Source of the DNA: Basidiobolus meristosporus CBS 931.73
Lineage: Eukaryota > Fungi > Basidiobolomycota
NCBI GenBank assembly: GCA_002104905.1
Contig: MCFE01000100.1
Coordinates: forward strand, 108,447 to 172,446
DNA: 64,000 nucleotides
Direction of reading: 5' to 3'
Shown: positions 40,968-51,591 of the stretch, in pieces
How the letters are laid out: each line of letters opens with the position of its first letter
Numbering within the stretch: position 1 is the stretch's first letter
Notes under the pieces: model-generated
Seen by the model: the letters and a program-made list of their open reading frames with translations, nothing else
Database searches by the model: none
Told to the model about the DNA's origin: nothing
Position numbers and translations under genes: made by a program

Positions 40968-42056
40968 ATGTTTACACGATCCCGAAAAGATTCCTCCCTG
41001 GCCCGACTCGAAGGGCTGGAAATTGTTCTTCACAAAGACATCTTAACGATGTACGGTTCCTCCGACGAGTCCGTAGGCTGCATACTGCGCGGTGCCTTGA
41101 AATTCCAAATTCTCGAGCCGATGAAGGTCAAATCCATTTCCCTGAGTTTCAACGGCAAAGTTAAAATTCTGACTCCTGCAGGTATGTTTGTCTCTCTGTT
41201 GGCCTTGTTGTTGCCTTGCTAACCCAGCCTTTGTTTAGTAACCCCGTTGCGAGAACTCGACCTCCTGGAGCACAAGTGGACATTCCTCGAGTCCGAGCAA
41301 GACCCTTATCTACTGGCTCCTTCTAATTACGAATATAACTTTGAACTCCCTTTACCTGGTAACCTACCCGAATCGGTGGAGGTTCCATATGGCGATATCT
41401 CTTATAACCTCCTCGCTATCGTGGAGCGCCCAGGCTTCAAATCCGATTTCAAGACTGAGAAGAAGGTTGACATACAACGTGCTCCTTTGCTGTTCACCGA
41501 CGAGCTCCTTCATCCGAACGTGGCCACTGGCATTTGGCAGCAGAAGGTGGGGTATTGTGTATCTATTCCCGACACAAACTACACCGTTGGCCAGACGTTT
41601 CCAGTGCACTTCAACTTACTATCATTGGACCCATTCCTGTGCATCACAAAAGTTACAGCCGTGATGAAGGAGTACGTAACCTGCAAATTCCAGGGTTTCC
41701 GACCAATGATCAAATACCATGATGTTGGACGGTCCAGTGTTCTTCCGAACCGCGAGCAGGAACTGGTTTGGGACGGGTCTTTGAACCTTGAGATTCTCAA
41801 ACGGGCTTTGTATGATTGTGAGACAGACTATATCCAAGTATCCCACAAGCTATTCCTTGACATAGAGGTGATGGAGCCCACTGGGGAAATCCAAACCTTC
41901 CGAGTTCAAATGAAAGTAGGGATCCAGTCTAGCCTGCAGAACGAACTGGCCCAGTCCCCACCGAGATATCAACCATTTTCCAGCTTCACTGGACTACCTC
42001 CACCACCCTATAACTTCGACATGAATCCCGACTACTCTCACATCCTTGTCATCTAA
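40968..42056 (+). CDS. Alpha-arrestin (ART family)
   Basis: Arrestin-N (LRGAL...KVKSISL.F.G; YEYNFELPLPGNLPES...ISY.L.A.VERPG), arrestin-C, PY motifs PPRY and PPPPY; one intron. Confidence 0.9.
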
Positions 42057-42330
42057 CCCGCTCCAGCATTTCGCTTGATTAGAGATATATTATATCATAG
42101 TTGTTGTACTTCTAGCCTTGTAGATACACCCTACTGTCCCGCCCTGACTTCCATTTCTATATCACTAATCCTCGGCATCAAAAGACCATCACTCAGCATC
42201 AAATGAGAATAAACCATCACTCAGCACCACTGGTCACGTGGAGCTATTTGTTTCGGGCGCAATTGATGAAACCGGTACTCTAGGCTTCAAAGGGGAGATT
42301 TGTACCGTGGAATTGTGTGTAATCCGGAGG

Positions 42331-42405
42331 AATTCTAATCGCATGCCCGACACTCAATTCTAATCGCATGCCCGACACTCAATTCTAATCGCATACCCGA
42401 CACTC
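42331..42405 (+). repeat. 25-bp tandem repeat AATTCTAATCGCATGCCCGACACTC x3
   Basis: Seen directly; one mismatch in the third copy; no spacers. Confidence 0.9.
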
Positions 42406-42513
42406 AAGCTACCACCCGCGGTGGCAGCCAGTCGGCCAGTATGATATAACCAGGACAGAGGGCATCGAAGCGCTACAGTTTATTGATATTGTTATATGCC
42501 AATGCAATTCACT

Positions 42514-43405
42514 CTATTTCTTCATTTCATTCAATTTGTTTTGAACAATCCTCTCAATCATGGATTCGAGTTGGGGTGATGTGGTCAAAGAGTCCTCTTC
42601 GAATTTGGCCGAGACGATTCTCTCCACATACTTTCCGAGCATATCTACCTCGACGTTGACTCTGTCTCCGGGCTTCTTGGATGGCATGATGACATGCTCC
42701 TGAGTGTAGGCGACCATCATGAAAGTGAACCACTTTTCGGCGTAATTGACCTCGCAGACGGTCAATGAGGTGCCATCCAGAGCAATATAGCCCTTGGGGA
42801 TGATATATTTCATCAGCTCGCCGTTCTCTACTTGAAGTTTGAACCACAGAGAGTTGCCCTCGGGAACGATGCTAATAATGGAAACAGTATCGTCGACATG
42901 TCCCTTTTAAGACGAAACCAACTCATGAGCACACTGTTGACAGGAACCATACGGAATAAGGGTACCTGAACAAAATGACCACCGAAACGAATTCCAGAGC
43001 CCATAGCACGCTCCAAGTTAACCTTGGCTCCCACCTGAAGATCGCCTATAATATTCAATCTCAGAAACAACCACCCCGAGACAATGGTGGAGGAGTGACA
43101 ACCTACCCAAGTTGGTTTTCTTCAAGGTCTCGGGAGATACGCCCACTTTGAAAGTGTCTTTGTCGAACTCGGTCACGGTCAAGCAAGTACCTGGAGAAGG
43201 ATCGTGGGTAAGCTCATGCATCCTTGTAGCTTGTTGGGCGAGCGAACATACCGTTGATGGCAATGCTATCGCCAAGGTGACAGTCGTCGAGAATTGCCTC
43301 GGCATCCTTAACAGTAATGGTCCAACCCTTTCCTCCGGATTCCGAAGTATCCAAAGTGTTGACGTTGGCAACGGTGCCGATAATTTCCACTATTCCGGTG
43401 AACAT
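42514..43405 (-). CDS. RIB5: Riboflavin synthase
   Basis: MFTGIVE N-terminus, SIAING.CLTV, VNLERA, GGHFVQGHVD, GYIALDGTSLTV, VNVEVD; three introns. Confidence 0.97.
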
Positions 43406-43529
43406 ATTTAAGGTATTCTGAAACTCAGGGTATATCCAAGTGCGTGTTTAGTATCAACCTAGAGAGAAGCAGGTGCAAAAGATGTACCAGCAGTGAGCAA
43501 AAAATCAATCTGATAAGCACTAGTTTTGC

Positions 43530-43565
43530 CTAAATCGTGGGCCAAATCGTGGGCCAAATCGTGGG
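43530..43565 (+). repeat. 12-bp tandem repeat C(T/C)AAATCGTGGG x3 upstream of RIB5
   Basis: Seen directly. Confidence 0.85.
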
Positions 43566-44138
43566 CCATAGATGCCTTAGTAATGCTAATAAAAGAAACG
43601 ACCAAGATCACGAGACACATGAATCATCGCTTTTAGTCAGCTTAGATGGAAGGCTCGGGATGAAACCATCATCATAAATGAGGACAATGGCGGCTCTCGA
43701 AGACCGCTTGGCAACATCACTGCATTGATCGCAGCCTCGACATGACACAACGATCACCAGAAGCCCCGCCTGATCACTAGAAACACCGCTTGGAGGGCCT
43801 CTTGAAACCCCAAATTGCGAGAAGCCTTAACAATGTATGGAAAGTCAGTCTTAAACAAATTAATCATTGTTCGGACATTCGTGATGATGCAAATTGATCG
43901 CTCAGCATGCTCGCTCGATCTAACCTCGGTATCAGATTCCTTTTTTTCCATTAATAACCTGTTGATTCCCATCTCAATTTAGTCTTCTCTTTTTCATCGA
44001 AGGCCTGCAGCTGCTCTACCCCAAAGCGTATCTAGCCACCTCTTCGCCACTGCCCATTGTAAATAACCCTCACACCGGCCTATTTTTGGTGCGCCTTATT
44101 CCCCCTGTTAAACCATGCCCACGTCCGGACTTAACGCC

Positions 44139-44409
44139 ATGTCGGAGCAGAAGCTCAAGAAGATGCTCGAGCAGAACAACCGTTTACGTGAACAATTGGA
44201 CCTACCACGTGTCCCCGTGTCTCAAGCAAGCCAAATGTATGTTCCTTCTTCGGACACTTCCCAGCACCCCACCAACTAATCCTTCCCCTAGGCTCATAAA
44301 ATACGTCTCCACCACACGTGACTACTTGGTGCCATCTGTATGGGGAACACCGGGCGCCAACGATCCCTTTGCAAACAAAAGTGGTGGTTGCGAATGCACG
44401 ATTCTATAG
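44139..44409 (+). CDS. Heterotrimeric G-protein gamma subunit
   Basis: MSEQKLKKMLEQNNRLREQLDLPRVPVSQAS / LIKYVSTTRDYLVPSVWG...GCECTIL: GGL-like domain with a CAAX box and upstream Cys; one intron. Confidence 0.88.
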
Positions 44410-44786
44410 AATTCCTCAGTTCACGCCAGACATCCACCCCATCTGCTTAAGCTTGTATTTTGTTTGGTGCTGTTCGATTCTTTAAGTCTCGGTAACCCCG
44501 ATCAACAAGTGCCTCACCAACATTCCCATATTTTGCTTCGTACTCGAGACCTCCCCAACCCCATCACACTCCTCTGTTCCAAAGCGGTTTTTGCATCCCA
44601 GCTTAACTTAGTCTGCCAGTTTGGTCATATCTGATGTACAGAAAACACATTCCGTTTGCAAAAGGTTTCTCTTTTCAACGGACATCTTAACTTTAATATC
44701 TTTAAATATAATTAACCCCATTTAAACGTGTCTCCTGATGAATCCGCAGCCGAGGTTGGCGTGTTTACTGAATCCACACGAATCGA

Positions 44787-45939
44787 TCATTGCAGCAGGT
44801 CAGCGTTTCGTCTCTGAATGCTTCTTAGGCAATGTGTGGAGCAAACTCGATGCAGTAGAGGTATCGCCATCCCGAACTGCTTGGACTTCTCTAGTATCTG
44901 GAGGGGAGACTCGAAAACAGGGCGATGGCATACTGTACAATGTATTAGCTGGTTGTGTCGAAGGAGTTTGTATAGTCTAGTGGGGAATTTCTCAGGAATC
45001 GACAGAGGGGGTTGGAGGCTAAGAATCAGCCGGCCAGTGATCTCTCGCAGGGAGGGAAAGTAGTCGGGGTCGTTTTCCTCCTCCAACTGGAACACCAATG
45101 AGTCCTCAGACACTTGCAAAACCAGGTTCGGTATCTCCAGGATCTCCGCTGGCAAGTATTCGATATGATTTCCGGTGAGGAAAAGGGAATGGAGTTTGGG
45201 CATACGACCGATGGACGCGGGTATTCTGGTCATCTCATTGTTGAAGGCAAAGATCGCTTCCAAAGCGACGCACTTTGCTACGCTCAAGGGTAAGCCTTTG
45301 AGCTTGTTGTGGGCCACGTTGAGTGCGTTGAGCTTGGTAAGCCCGGAGAGATCGGGCAGGCTGGTGAGAAGGTTTCCACGTAAGCCTAGTGCCACCAGTT
45401 CGGTCAGTTCCCCAATCTCTTTGGGTAATTCTCGGATCTCGTTGCGTCCTAGTCCCAAAACCTTCAAGGTGCTCGCCCAGCTTCGCAGCACTTCCGGAGG
45501 CACACTTGTCAACCGGTTGTCGCTAAAATCGCAAATCTCTAGCCTTGTCCACGCCGCACATTTCTGCGGGATCTCTTCCAGAAGGTTTCCCCGAAGCCGC
45601 ACCTCCTTGAGGTATACCAAATCAAACACCGCCTCGGGTAGCTGACGTAGGTCTGCCTGTTGCAAATTCAAAAGAACGATGCTTTGGTATGAAGGAGAAA
45701 GCTTGATAGCTCGATTTGGGTCTAGAGGGGGCGGTGGAAGGGTTAGAAACAGAACTGGTAAAGGGAGACCGCATCACCGCTGCCTTACTTCTTCTGGTCA
45801 GTGAGCCGAGTATTCGTAAAAGTTTATTCCACCTCGCGGCATTTCGATCTACCCACCAACTTGGACGGTGGCTGTTCAGTGCGATCCTTAAGCCGTCACA
45901 AAAAAGGAAGCTCTCGGGCTCCTGTAGAAAGGGTGACAT
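44787..45939 (-). CDS. Leucine-rich-repeat protein with C-terminal BC-box-like and Cys-rich domain (LRRC58-like)
   Basis: About eight LxxLxLxxNxL repeats, then FPSLREITGR and CTVC...PLLHRVCSTHC. An in-frame first exon 45789..45939 joins via a GTAAGG...CTAAC...TAG intron (45722..45788). Confidence 0.8.
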
Positions 45940-46372
45940 CAAGAGAGAAGCATGTAGTGGTGGTGGTTTGGTGGATTTAATATCTTTGCCATTGGTTTAT
46001 TGGATGATGGGTGCTGGTAGATCGTCACAAATCGATATCTGGGGTACTTCCGTGGTGGGAGGATGCATATCGAGATCGGAGACCAACCTCATGTTTAGGC
46101 TTGAAACTCTTCGGAGTTTCATAAGCATGAAAAAATGGCTGTTTTGAAATTGATGATTCATGTCCAAGATACAAGGCAAACATATGGTGAGGCCCATTTC
46201 TAAACGTTTTAAGATTTCTGGGAATTCCAGGGGAATGTTTGGGTGTTTGGATCAGGTGTAAGTGTAGAGTGTAAATAACGAGTTGGTTTCGAATTTCCTA
46301 GTCCAGTCATATTTATAACCTCCACTGCCCACTTTCCGTTTGAAGCACAGCGCTCTTGCTTACTTGTCTGCC

Positions 46373-49300
46373 ATGAAGCTTCATCCTCTAAGTTCACAGG
46401 GAAGGAGCTGTGGACTACGGATGCTCCACACAATTGCCACGTTGGTTATTGTGGGGAGTTTTGCTGATCTGGGTAGATACGTAGCTGCCGAATCCCCTGG
46501 ATATGGTCCTCCAAATAACGGTGGCTATGGATCCTCTAATAGCGATGGTTATGGTATGGGAGAGCTCAACTCCTACGGCGTATCCAAACCACAGGGCGCT
46601 TATGGTTCTAGTTCCTATGACAGCTCCAGCAATGGCTACGGCAGCGAGAGTACAATGAGGTACGGGGGCAACGTAGTGAAGAAATATGTACCCGGTAAGA
46701 CAGTAAAGAGAAAGGTGTATGGGGGAGGGACCACCGTCAAAAAGATCTACAAGCCCGGAAAGATCACCAAGAAGTATATCCCCGGCCAAAAGGTGAAGAG
46801 AAAGGGATACGGAAGTACTACTATCAAGAAAATCTACAGACCTGGAAAGACCATCAAGAAGAAGAAGTACATTCCCGGCCAGAAGGTGAAGAGAAAGGGA
46901 TACGGAAGTACTACTGTCAAGAAGATCTACAGACCTGGAAAGACCATCAAGAAGAAGAAGTACATTCCCGGCCAAAAGGTGAAGAGAAAGGGATACGGAA
47001 GTACTACTGTCAAGAAGATCTACAGACCTGGGAAGACCATCACCAAGAAGAAGTACATTCCCGGCCAGAAGGTGAAGAGAAAGGGATACGGAGGTACTAC
47101 CATCAAGAAGATCTACAGACCTGGAAAGACCATCAAGAAGAAGAAGTACATTCCTGGTCAAAAGGTGAAGAGAAAGGGATACGGAAGTACTACTGTCAAG
47201 AAGATCTATAGACCTGGGAAGACCATCAAGAAGAAGAAGTACATTCCCGGCCAGAAGGTGAAGACAAAGGGATACGGAGGTACTACCATCAAGAAGATCT
47301 ACAGACCTGGAAAGACCATCACCAAGAAGTACATTCCTGGTCAAAAGGTGAAGAGAAAGGGATACGGAAGTACTACTGTCAAGAAGATTTATAGACCTGG
47401 GAAGACCATCAAGAAGAAGAAGTACATTCCCGGCCAGAAGGTGAAGACAAAGGGATACGGAGGTACTACTGTCAAGAAGATCTACAGACCTGGAAAGACC
47501 ATCACCAAGAAGAAGTACATTCCCGGCCAGAAGGTGAAGAGAAAGGGATACGGAAGTACTACTGTCAAGAAGATTTATAGACCTGGGAAGACCATCAAGA
47601 AGAAGAAGTACATTCCCGGCCAGAAGGTGAAGACAAAGGGATACGGAAGTACTACTGTCAAGAAGAAGAAGTACATTCCCGGCCAGAAGGTGAAGAGAAA
47701 GGGATATGGAGGTACTACTATTAAGAAGAAAATCTACATCCCTGGAAAGGTGGTTAAGGTCAAGAAGCCTTATGGACCTACCTATGGCTACAAGAAGATC
47801 CGTATCCCAGGGCAAACCAAGTACAAGAAGGTCAAGATCCCCGGGAAAACCACCCTCAAGAAGGTTCCTTACGACGCGGTCTACAAGTACAAGAAAACCC
47901 AAATCCCTGGCGGAACCACCAAGAAGAAGGTTAAGGTTCCCGGCGGATACGGTAAGAAGAAGGTTCCGATCGACGCGGTATACGGCAAGAAGAAGGTGTA
48001 CAAAGGAAAATACGGGGATTCCGAAAGCCAGTGGGGCTACAAGAAGATCCGTGTGCCAGGTGGCTTTACTAAGAAGAAGGTCAAGGTTCCTGATCAGTAC
48101 AAGTACAAGAAGGCCAAGATCCCTGGCGAGACCCAGTACAAGAAAGTCAAGGTTCCTGGGAAAACGGTTACCGAAAAGGTGCCTACCCCTCCAGTATACG
48201 GAACCAAGAAGATCCGGATTCCAGGGAAGACCGTCACCAAGCCTGATCCTTACAAGACCAAGACCATTACAGTCAAGAAACAGATCCCCCCACAGTACGG
48301 CTACAAGACCGTCGAGATCCCGGGAGGGTATACCACCAAGAAGCGGGTCATTCCGGGCAAAACCATTAAGAAGAAGGTTCCATACGGCAAGCAGTATGGC
48401 TACAAGAAGGTCTACGTCGACGGAGAGCCAGTCAAAACGAAGGTTCAGATCCCTGGGCAAACATACATCAAGAAGGTGCGCATCCCTGCGGAATACGGCT
48501 ACAAAAAGATCGCCGTGCCAGGAAAAACCACCAACAAGAAGTACAAAGTGCCCGGAGGAAGCAAGAAAATCAAGTACAAGAAGCCGGCTACTTATAAATA
48601 CGTGCGACGCAAGATCTCAGGTGGCACCACCACCAAGACGGTGCAGATTCCTGGCCAGACTCTTACAAGAAAGATCCCGACCAGTCCTAGATACGTTTAC
48701 AAGAGGATACCTGTTGAAGGAGGGTTCACCAAAAAGAAGGTTGCAGTCTCAGGTAAGACCATCAAGACCAAGGTCCCAACAAAGGCCGAATACAAGTATG
48801 TCAAGTACCAGGTTCCTGGTGGGACTAAGGTGGTTAAGACCCGAGTCCCCGGAAAGCTTACTCGCCAGAAATACAAGATCCCAGCCAAGTACGGCTACAA
48901 GACAACCAAGGAGAATGGACCACCAAGCTACAAGAAGATCTACGTTCCAGGGAAAACGATGGTCCAGAAAGTGCTTGTGCCAAAAGATAAGGATACTAAG
49001 GTTTATCTGCCACCGGATCAGGAATTTGTGGAGGAGTACTACAATGAAAGTATCGGTACTTTCGTACATAGACTCAAGCATTGCTCGTGGAATATTGACC
49101 AGAAGCAGTATAACTGTGTAATTGAGAAGGACTCGGTTGATGAGTATTTGCAGCCTGACTCCACCAACAGCCGTATCCCCCTTGAGCAACGCTACATTGA
49201 GGAGTACTACGATGAGATTAGCCAGAGCATCAGACGTCGTTTCAGAGTGTGTACCTGGAGCTCCGAAGCCAGAGACACTGTCTGCCACACTGAACAGATG

Positions 49301-51304
49301 CCCGATAGCCCGGATACTCCTCGAGTGCGGGATCCAGGAGAATTTGTCACGAATGTGTATCTACCACCAGACCGTGTCTACACCGATGAGTACTACGACA
49401 AGACTACCAACACTGTACGCAGGAGACTCAGAGTGTGTACTTGGAGTGTCGTGGACAAACGGTACAACTGCTCCTTCAGAGACATCGGTAACGACTTCAG
49501 GGTGGGTTACGGAGAGGAGACGGTGATTACCGAGTTCGTGGACACATGGAAGGGTGAAATCAAGTATCAGATCAGAAGTTGCAAGCTATCCTCGGAAGGG
49601 GCTGAGCGTGAGTGCACCGTCGATAACGGAGTAAGCTCAGATGGCTATAAGCCTTTGGGAGCAACGTACAAGGAGGGATATGCCAACGATATCATCCGTG
49701 GAAACACTCGAATCCGGTCGGCTTACTGGCCCGAGAAATCCTCGGCCAACCAACGGGTATACATCTATGAATACATCGACAAGCCTAGCAGGAAGTACAA
49801 GAGACGTCTGATGATCTGTCGCCTTGACAAGCAGTGGGAGTGCGCCACCTCCAACGACCACGTTCTAAGCTCGCCATTGGATATCATCCATGTAAACCCT
49901 CGCGGCCAGCAGCCCAACCTCATCAAGCTGGAAAGTCCTAATGAGGTAGAGAATATCAACCTGTCTGCCGGGAAGAACCCTCCAACTGAGCGAATCTACG
50001 TCCAAGAGTACCTGGACCCGATCACCAGCGCCATCCAGAGGAGAATCAAGGTTTGCACACTCGGCAAAAAAGCATGGGAATGTACGCTCTCTGACACTGG
50101 ATCCACTTACGGCCAACTGAGCCAGAGAGTGCTTGGTGACGATGAGGTGGAGACGGTTGACCTGTACTTCGATTACACCGGAAGAATCACCCGAAACACA
50201 AAAACATGTAATACCAAGTACAAGGACCAGTGCCAGAATGATTCATCCAAGTTTGGCGGATTCAAGCCCATGCTTGGGGAAAATAATTCTTCCGAGTTGT
50301 CGTTGTACAGTGGACTCAAGTTGCAGAATGTTTACTGGCCAGATATCGACCCAAAGGGCCCCGTTTCTGATAGAGTGTATGTATACGAATTCGTGGATCA
50401 GACTTCGCGCAAAGTCGAGAGACGCATAGTTTTGTACAGGTTTGACGCGGATTCTCGCTCCTGGAAGTACACCACCGTTCCAGGTGAAAAACTATCGAGC
50501 CATGTTGATTTCGACTCCCTCACTGTTGATGGTGCTGATGGTGACATCGTTTTGAACAACGGAAATAGCAGGGAGGTACTGCACTTCTCCACCGGCAAGG
50601 GTGCCCCCCCTACCGAAAGAATCTTTATTCAAGAGTATTTCGATGCTACCTCTGGTTTCATTCGACGACGAACAAAATTCTGTATATTCAACAACAGTTC
50701 CCAGAAATGGGATTGGTCCGATAAGGATGAAGAGCTAGGTGGCCTGGATCCTTACGCTAGTACTGTGCAACTTCCATCCGACAGAACATATGTTGATGAG
50801 TATGTGGATTCCGATACTGGCAGGAAAACTGTCAAGACCACTACCTGCAGATATGACATTAGCAAGAGAGATTGGGACTGCACGCGAAACGTGAGCGCTG
50901 GTTTCGACGAGGGCTGGGAGGGCCAAGACTCTGATGTTCAAATCAGTAGAAGCGACTCGGAGAGTGATTCTTTGAATAGCCTGGAATGGTCCAGCGAGTT
51001 TAGCTCCTATGACGATGACTTGCATAGTTTTGAGAGCGACTTGAGCTTTGATGAAGATGAGGACGATGATATTCTACTGGACGACGACTTTAGTTCGTCC
51101 TCTACAGAATATTTGTACAAAGCTCCTTTGAGCATAACATCCCACAAGGTGGCCCATCCCAACAAATCCCATGCTTCTGTGAAGCTCGTCGACAAGAAAC
51201 CAGGTGGTAAGGACATGAAGCCCGTCTACAAGAAACCAAGTGGTAACGACATGAAGCCCGTCGACAAGAAACCAAGTGGTAACGACATGAGGCCCGGTTA
51301 CTAA
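46373..51304 (+). CDS. Giant predicted secreted Lys/Tyr/Gly/Pro repeat protein with C-terminal Cys-pair repeats
   Basis: Intronless ~1,640-aa ORF. Signal-like MLHTIATLVIVGSFADLGRYVAA, GYG-rich segment, 31-aa repeats, degenerate KKVxIPG/YGYKK repeats, ten EY.D...RRR..C....W.C modules, acidic patch and 13-aa tail repeats. The function is inferred only. Confidence 0.85.
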   Translation: MKLHPLSSQGRSCGLRMLHTIATLVIVGSFADLGRYVAAESPGYGPPNNGGYGSSNSDGYGMGELNSYGVSKPQGAYGSSSYDSSSNGYGSESTMRYGGNVVKKYVPGKTVKRKVYGGGTTVKKIYKPGKITKKYIPGQKVKRKGYGSTTIKKIYRPGKTIKKKKYIPGQKVKRKGYGSTTVKKIYRPGKTIKKKKYIPGQKVKRKGYGSTTVKKIYRPGKTITKKKYIPGQKVKRKGYGGTTIKKIYRPGKTIKKKKYIPGQKVKRKGYGSTTVKKIYRPGKTIKKKKYIPGQKVKTKGYGGTTIKKIYRPGKTITKKYIPGQKVKRKGYGSTTVKKIYRPGKTIKKKKYIPGQKVKTKGYGGTTVKKIYRPGKTITKKKYIPGQKVKRKGYGSTTVKKIYRPGKTIKKKKYIPGQKVKTKGYGSTTVKKKKYIPGQKVKRKGYGGTTIKKKIYIPGKVVKVKKPYGPTYGYKKIRIPGQTKYKKVKIPGKTTLKKVPYDAVYKYKKTQIPGGTTKKKVKVPGGYGKKKVPIDAVYGKKKVYKGKYGDSESQWGYKKIRVPGGFTKKKVKVPDQYKYKKAKIPGETQYKKVKVPGKTVTEKVPTPPVYGTKKIRIPGKTVTKPDPYKTKTITVKKQIPPQYGYKTVEIPGGYTTKKRVIPGKTIKKKVPYGKQYGYKKVYVDGEPVKTKVQIPGQTYIKKVRIPAEYGYKKIAVPGKTTNKKYKVPGGSKKIKYKKPATYKYVRRKISGGTTTKTVQIPGQTLTRKIPTSPRYVYKRIPVEGGFTKKKVAVSGKTIKTKVPTKAEYKYVKYQVPGGTKVVKTRVPGKLTRQKYKIPAKYGYKTTKENGPPSYKKIYVPGKTMVQKVLVPKDKDTKVYLPPDQEFVEEYYNESIGTFVHRLKHCSWNIDQKQYNCVIEKDSVDEYLQPDSTNSRIPLEQRYIEEYYDEISQSIRRRFRVCTWSSEARDTVCHTEQMPDSPDTPRVRDPGEFVTNVYLPPDRVYTDEYYDKTTNTVRRRLRVCTWSVVDKRYNCSFRDIGNDFRVGYGEETVITEFVDTWKGEIKYQIRSCKLSSEGAERECTVDNGVSSDGYKPLGATYKEGYANDIIRGNTRIRSAYWPEKSSANQRVYIYEYIDKPSRKYKRRLMICRLDKQWECATSNDHVLSSPLDIIHVNPRGQQPNLIKLESPNEVENINLSAGKNPPTERIYVQEYLDPITSAIQRRIKVCTLGKKAWECTLSDTGSTYGQLSQRVLGDDEVETVDLYFDYTGRITRNTKTCNTKYKDQCQNDSSKFGGFKPMLGENNSSELSLYSGLKLQNVYWPDIDPKGPVSDRVYVYEFVDQTSRKVERRIVLYRFDADSRSWKYTTVPGEKLSSHVDFDSLTVDGADGDIVLNNGNSREVLHFSTGKGAPPTERIFIQEYFDATSGFIRRRTKFCIFNNSSQKWDWSDKDEELGGLDPYASTVQLPSDRTYVDEYVDSDTGRKTVKTTTCRYDISKRDWDCTRNVSAGFDEGWEGQDSDVQISRSDSESDSLNSLEWSSEFSSYDDDLHSFESDLSFDEDEDDDILLDDDFSSSSTEYLYKAPLSITSHKVAHPNKSHASVKLVDKKPGGKDMKPVYKKPSGNDMKPVDKKPSGNDMRPGY
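46765..47735 (+). repeat. Coding tandem array with a ~93-bp unit (KKKKYIPGQKVKRKGYGSTTVKKIYRPGKTI), about 10-11 copies
   Basis: Near-identical DNA repeats seen directly, with small codon-sized indels. Confidence 0.92.
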
Positions 51305-51591
51305 ATCCTGTTTCTTGCATATACATATACAGTAAAACACCATCCTTTGTTAGCCTCTTTTTTGAGAAATCACGTAATAAAATTGACGATGAAGTACACT
51401 TGCTGCAAACTTTTCCTTCAATCTGTGGCTCTTGATCAGAGTTGAACCTGTATCACATAACCTTCCGTAAACATCCCATTGTGCAATCGTAAAGTGCGGT
51501 TTTGGGTAAATGTCGTGCTCAAGCTTTCTTATGCAACACAAGATGCGACCACTCGTAGAAGGGTCCGAAGCCTACTAATCCATCAATCTTG

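Noticed and set aside
42331-42405. CRISPR-like array
   Set aside because: Eukaryotic context, contiguous repeats without spacers, and no cas genes.
46415-48460. 681-aa antisense ORF opposite the Lys-rich repeats (also 47706..49121 in another frame)
   Set aside because: Shadow of AAG/ACC codon bias (Leu/Val/Asp-rich, no domain). The plus-strand ORF explains the region.
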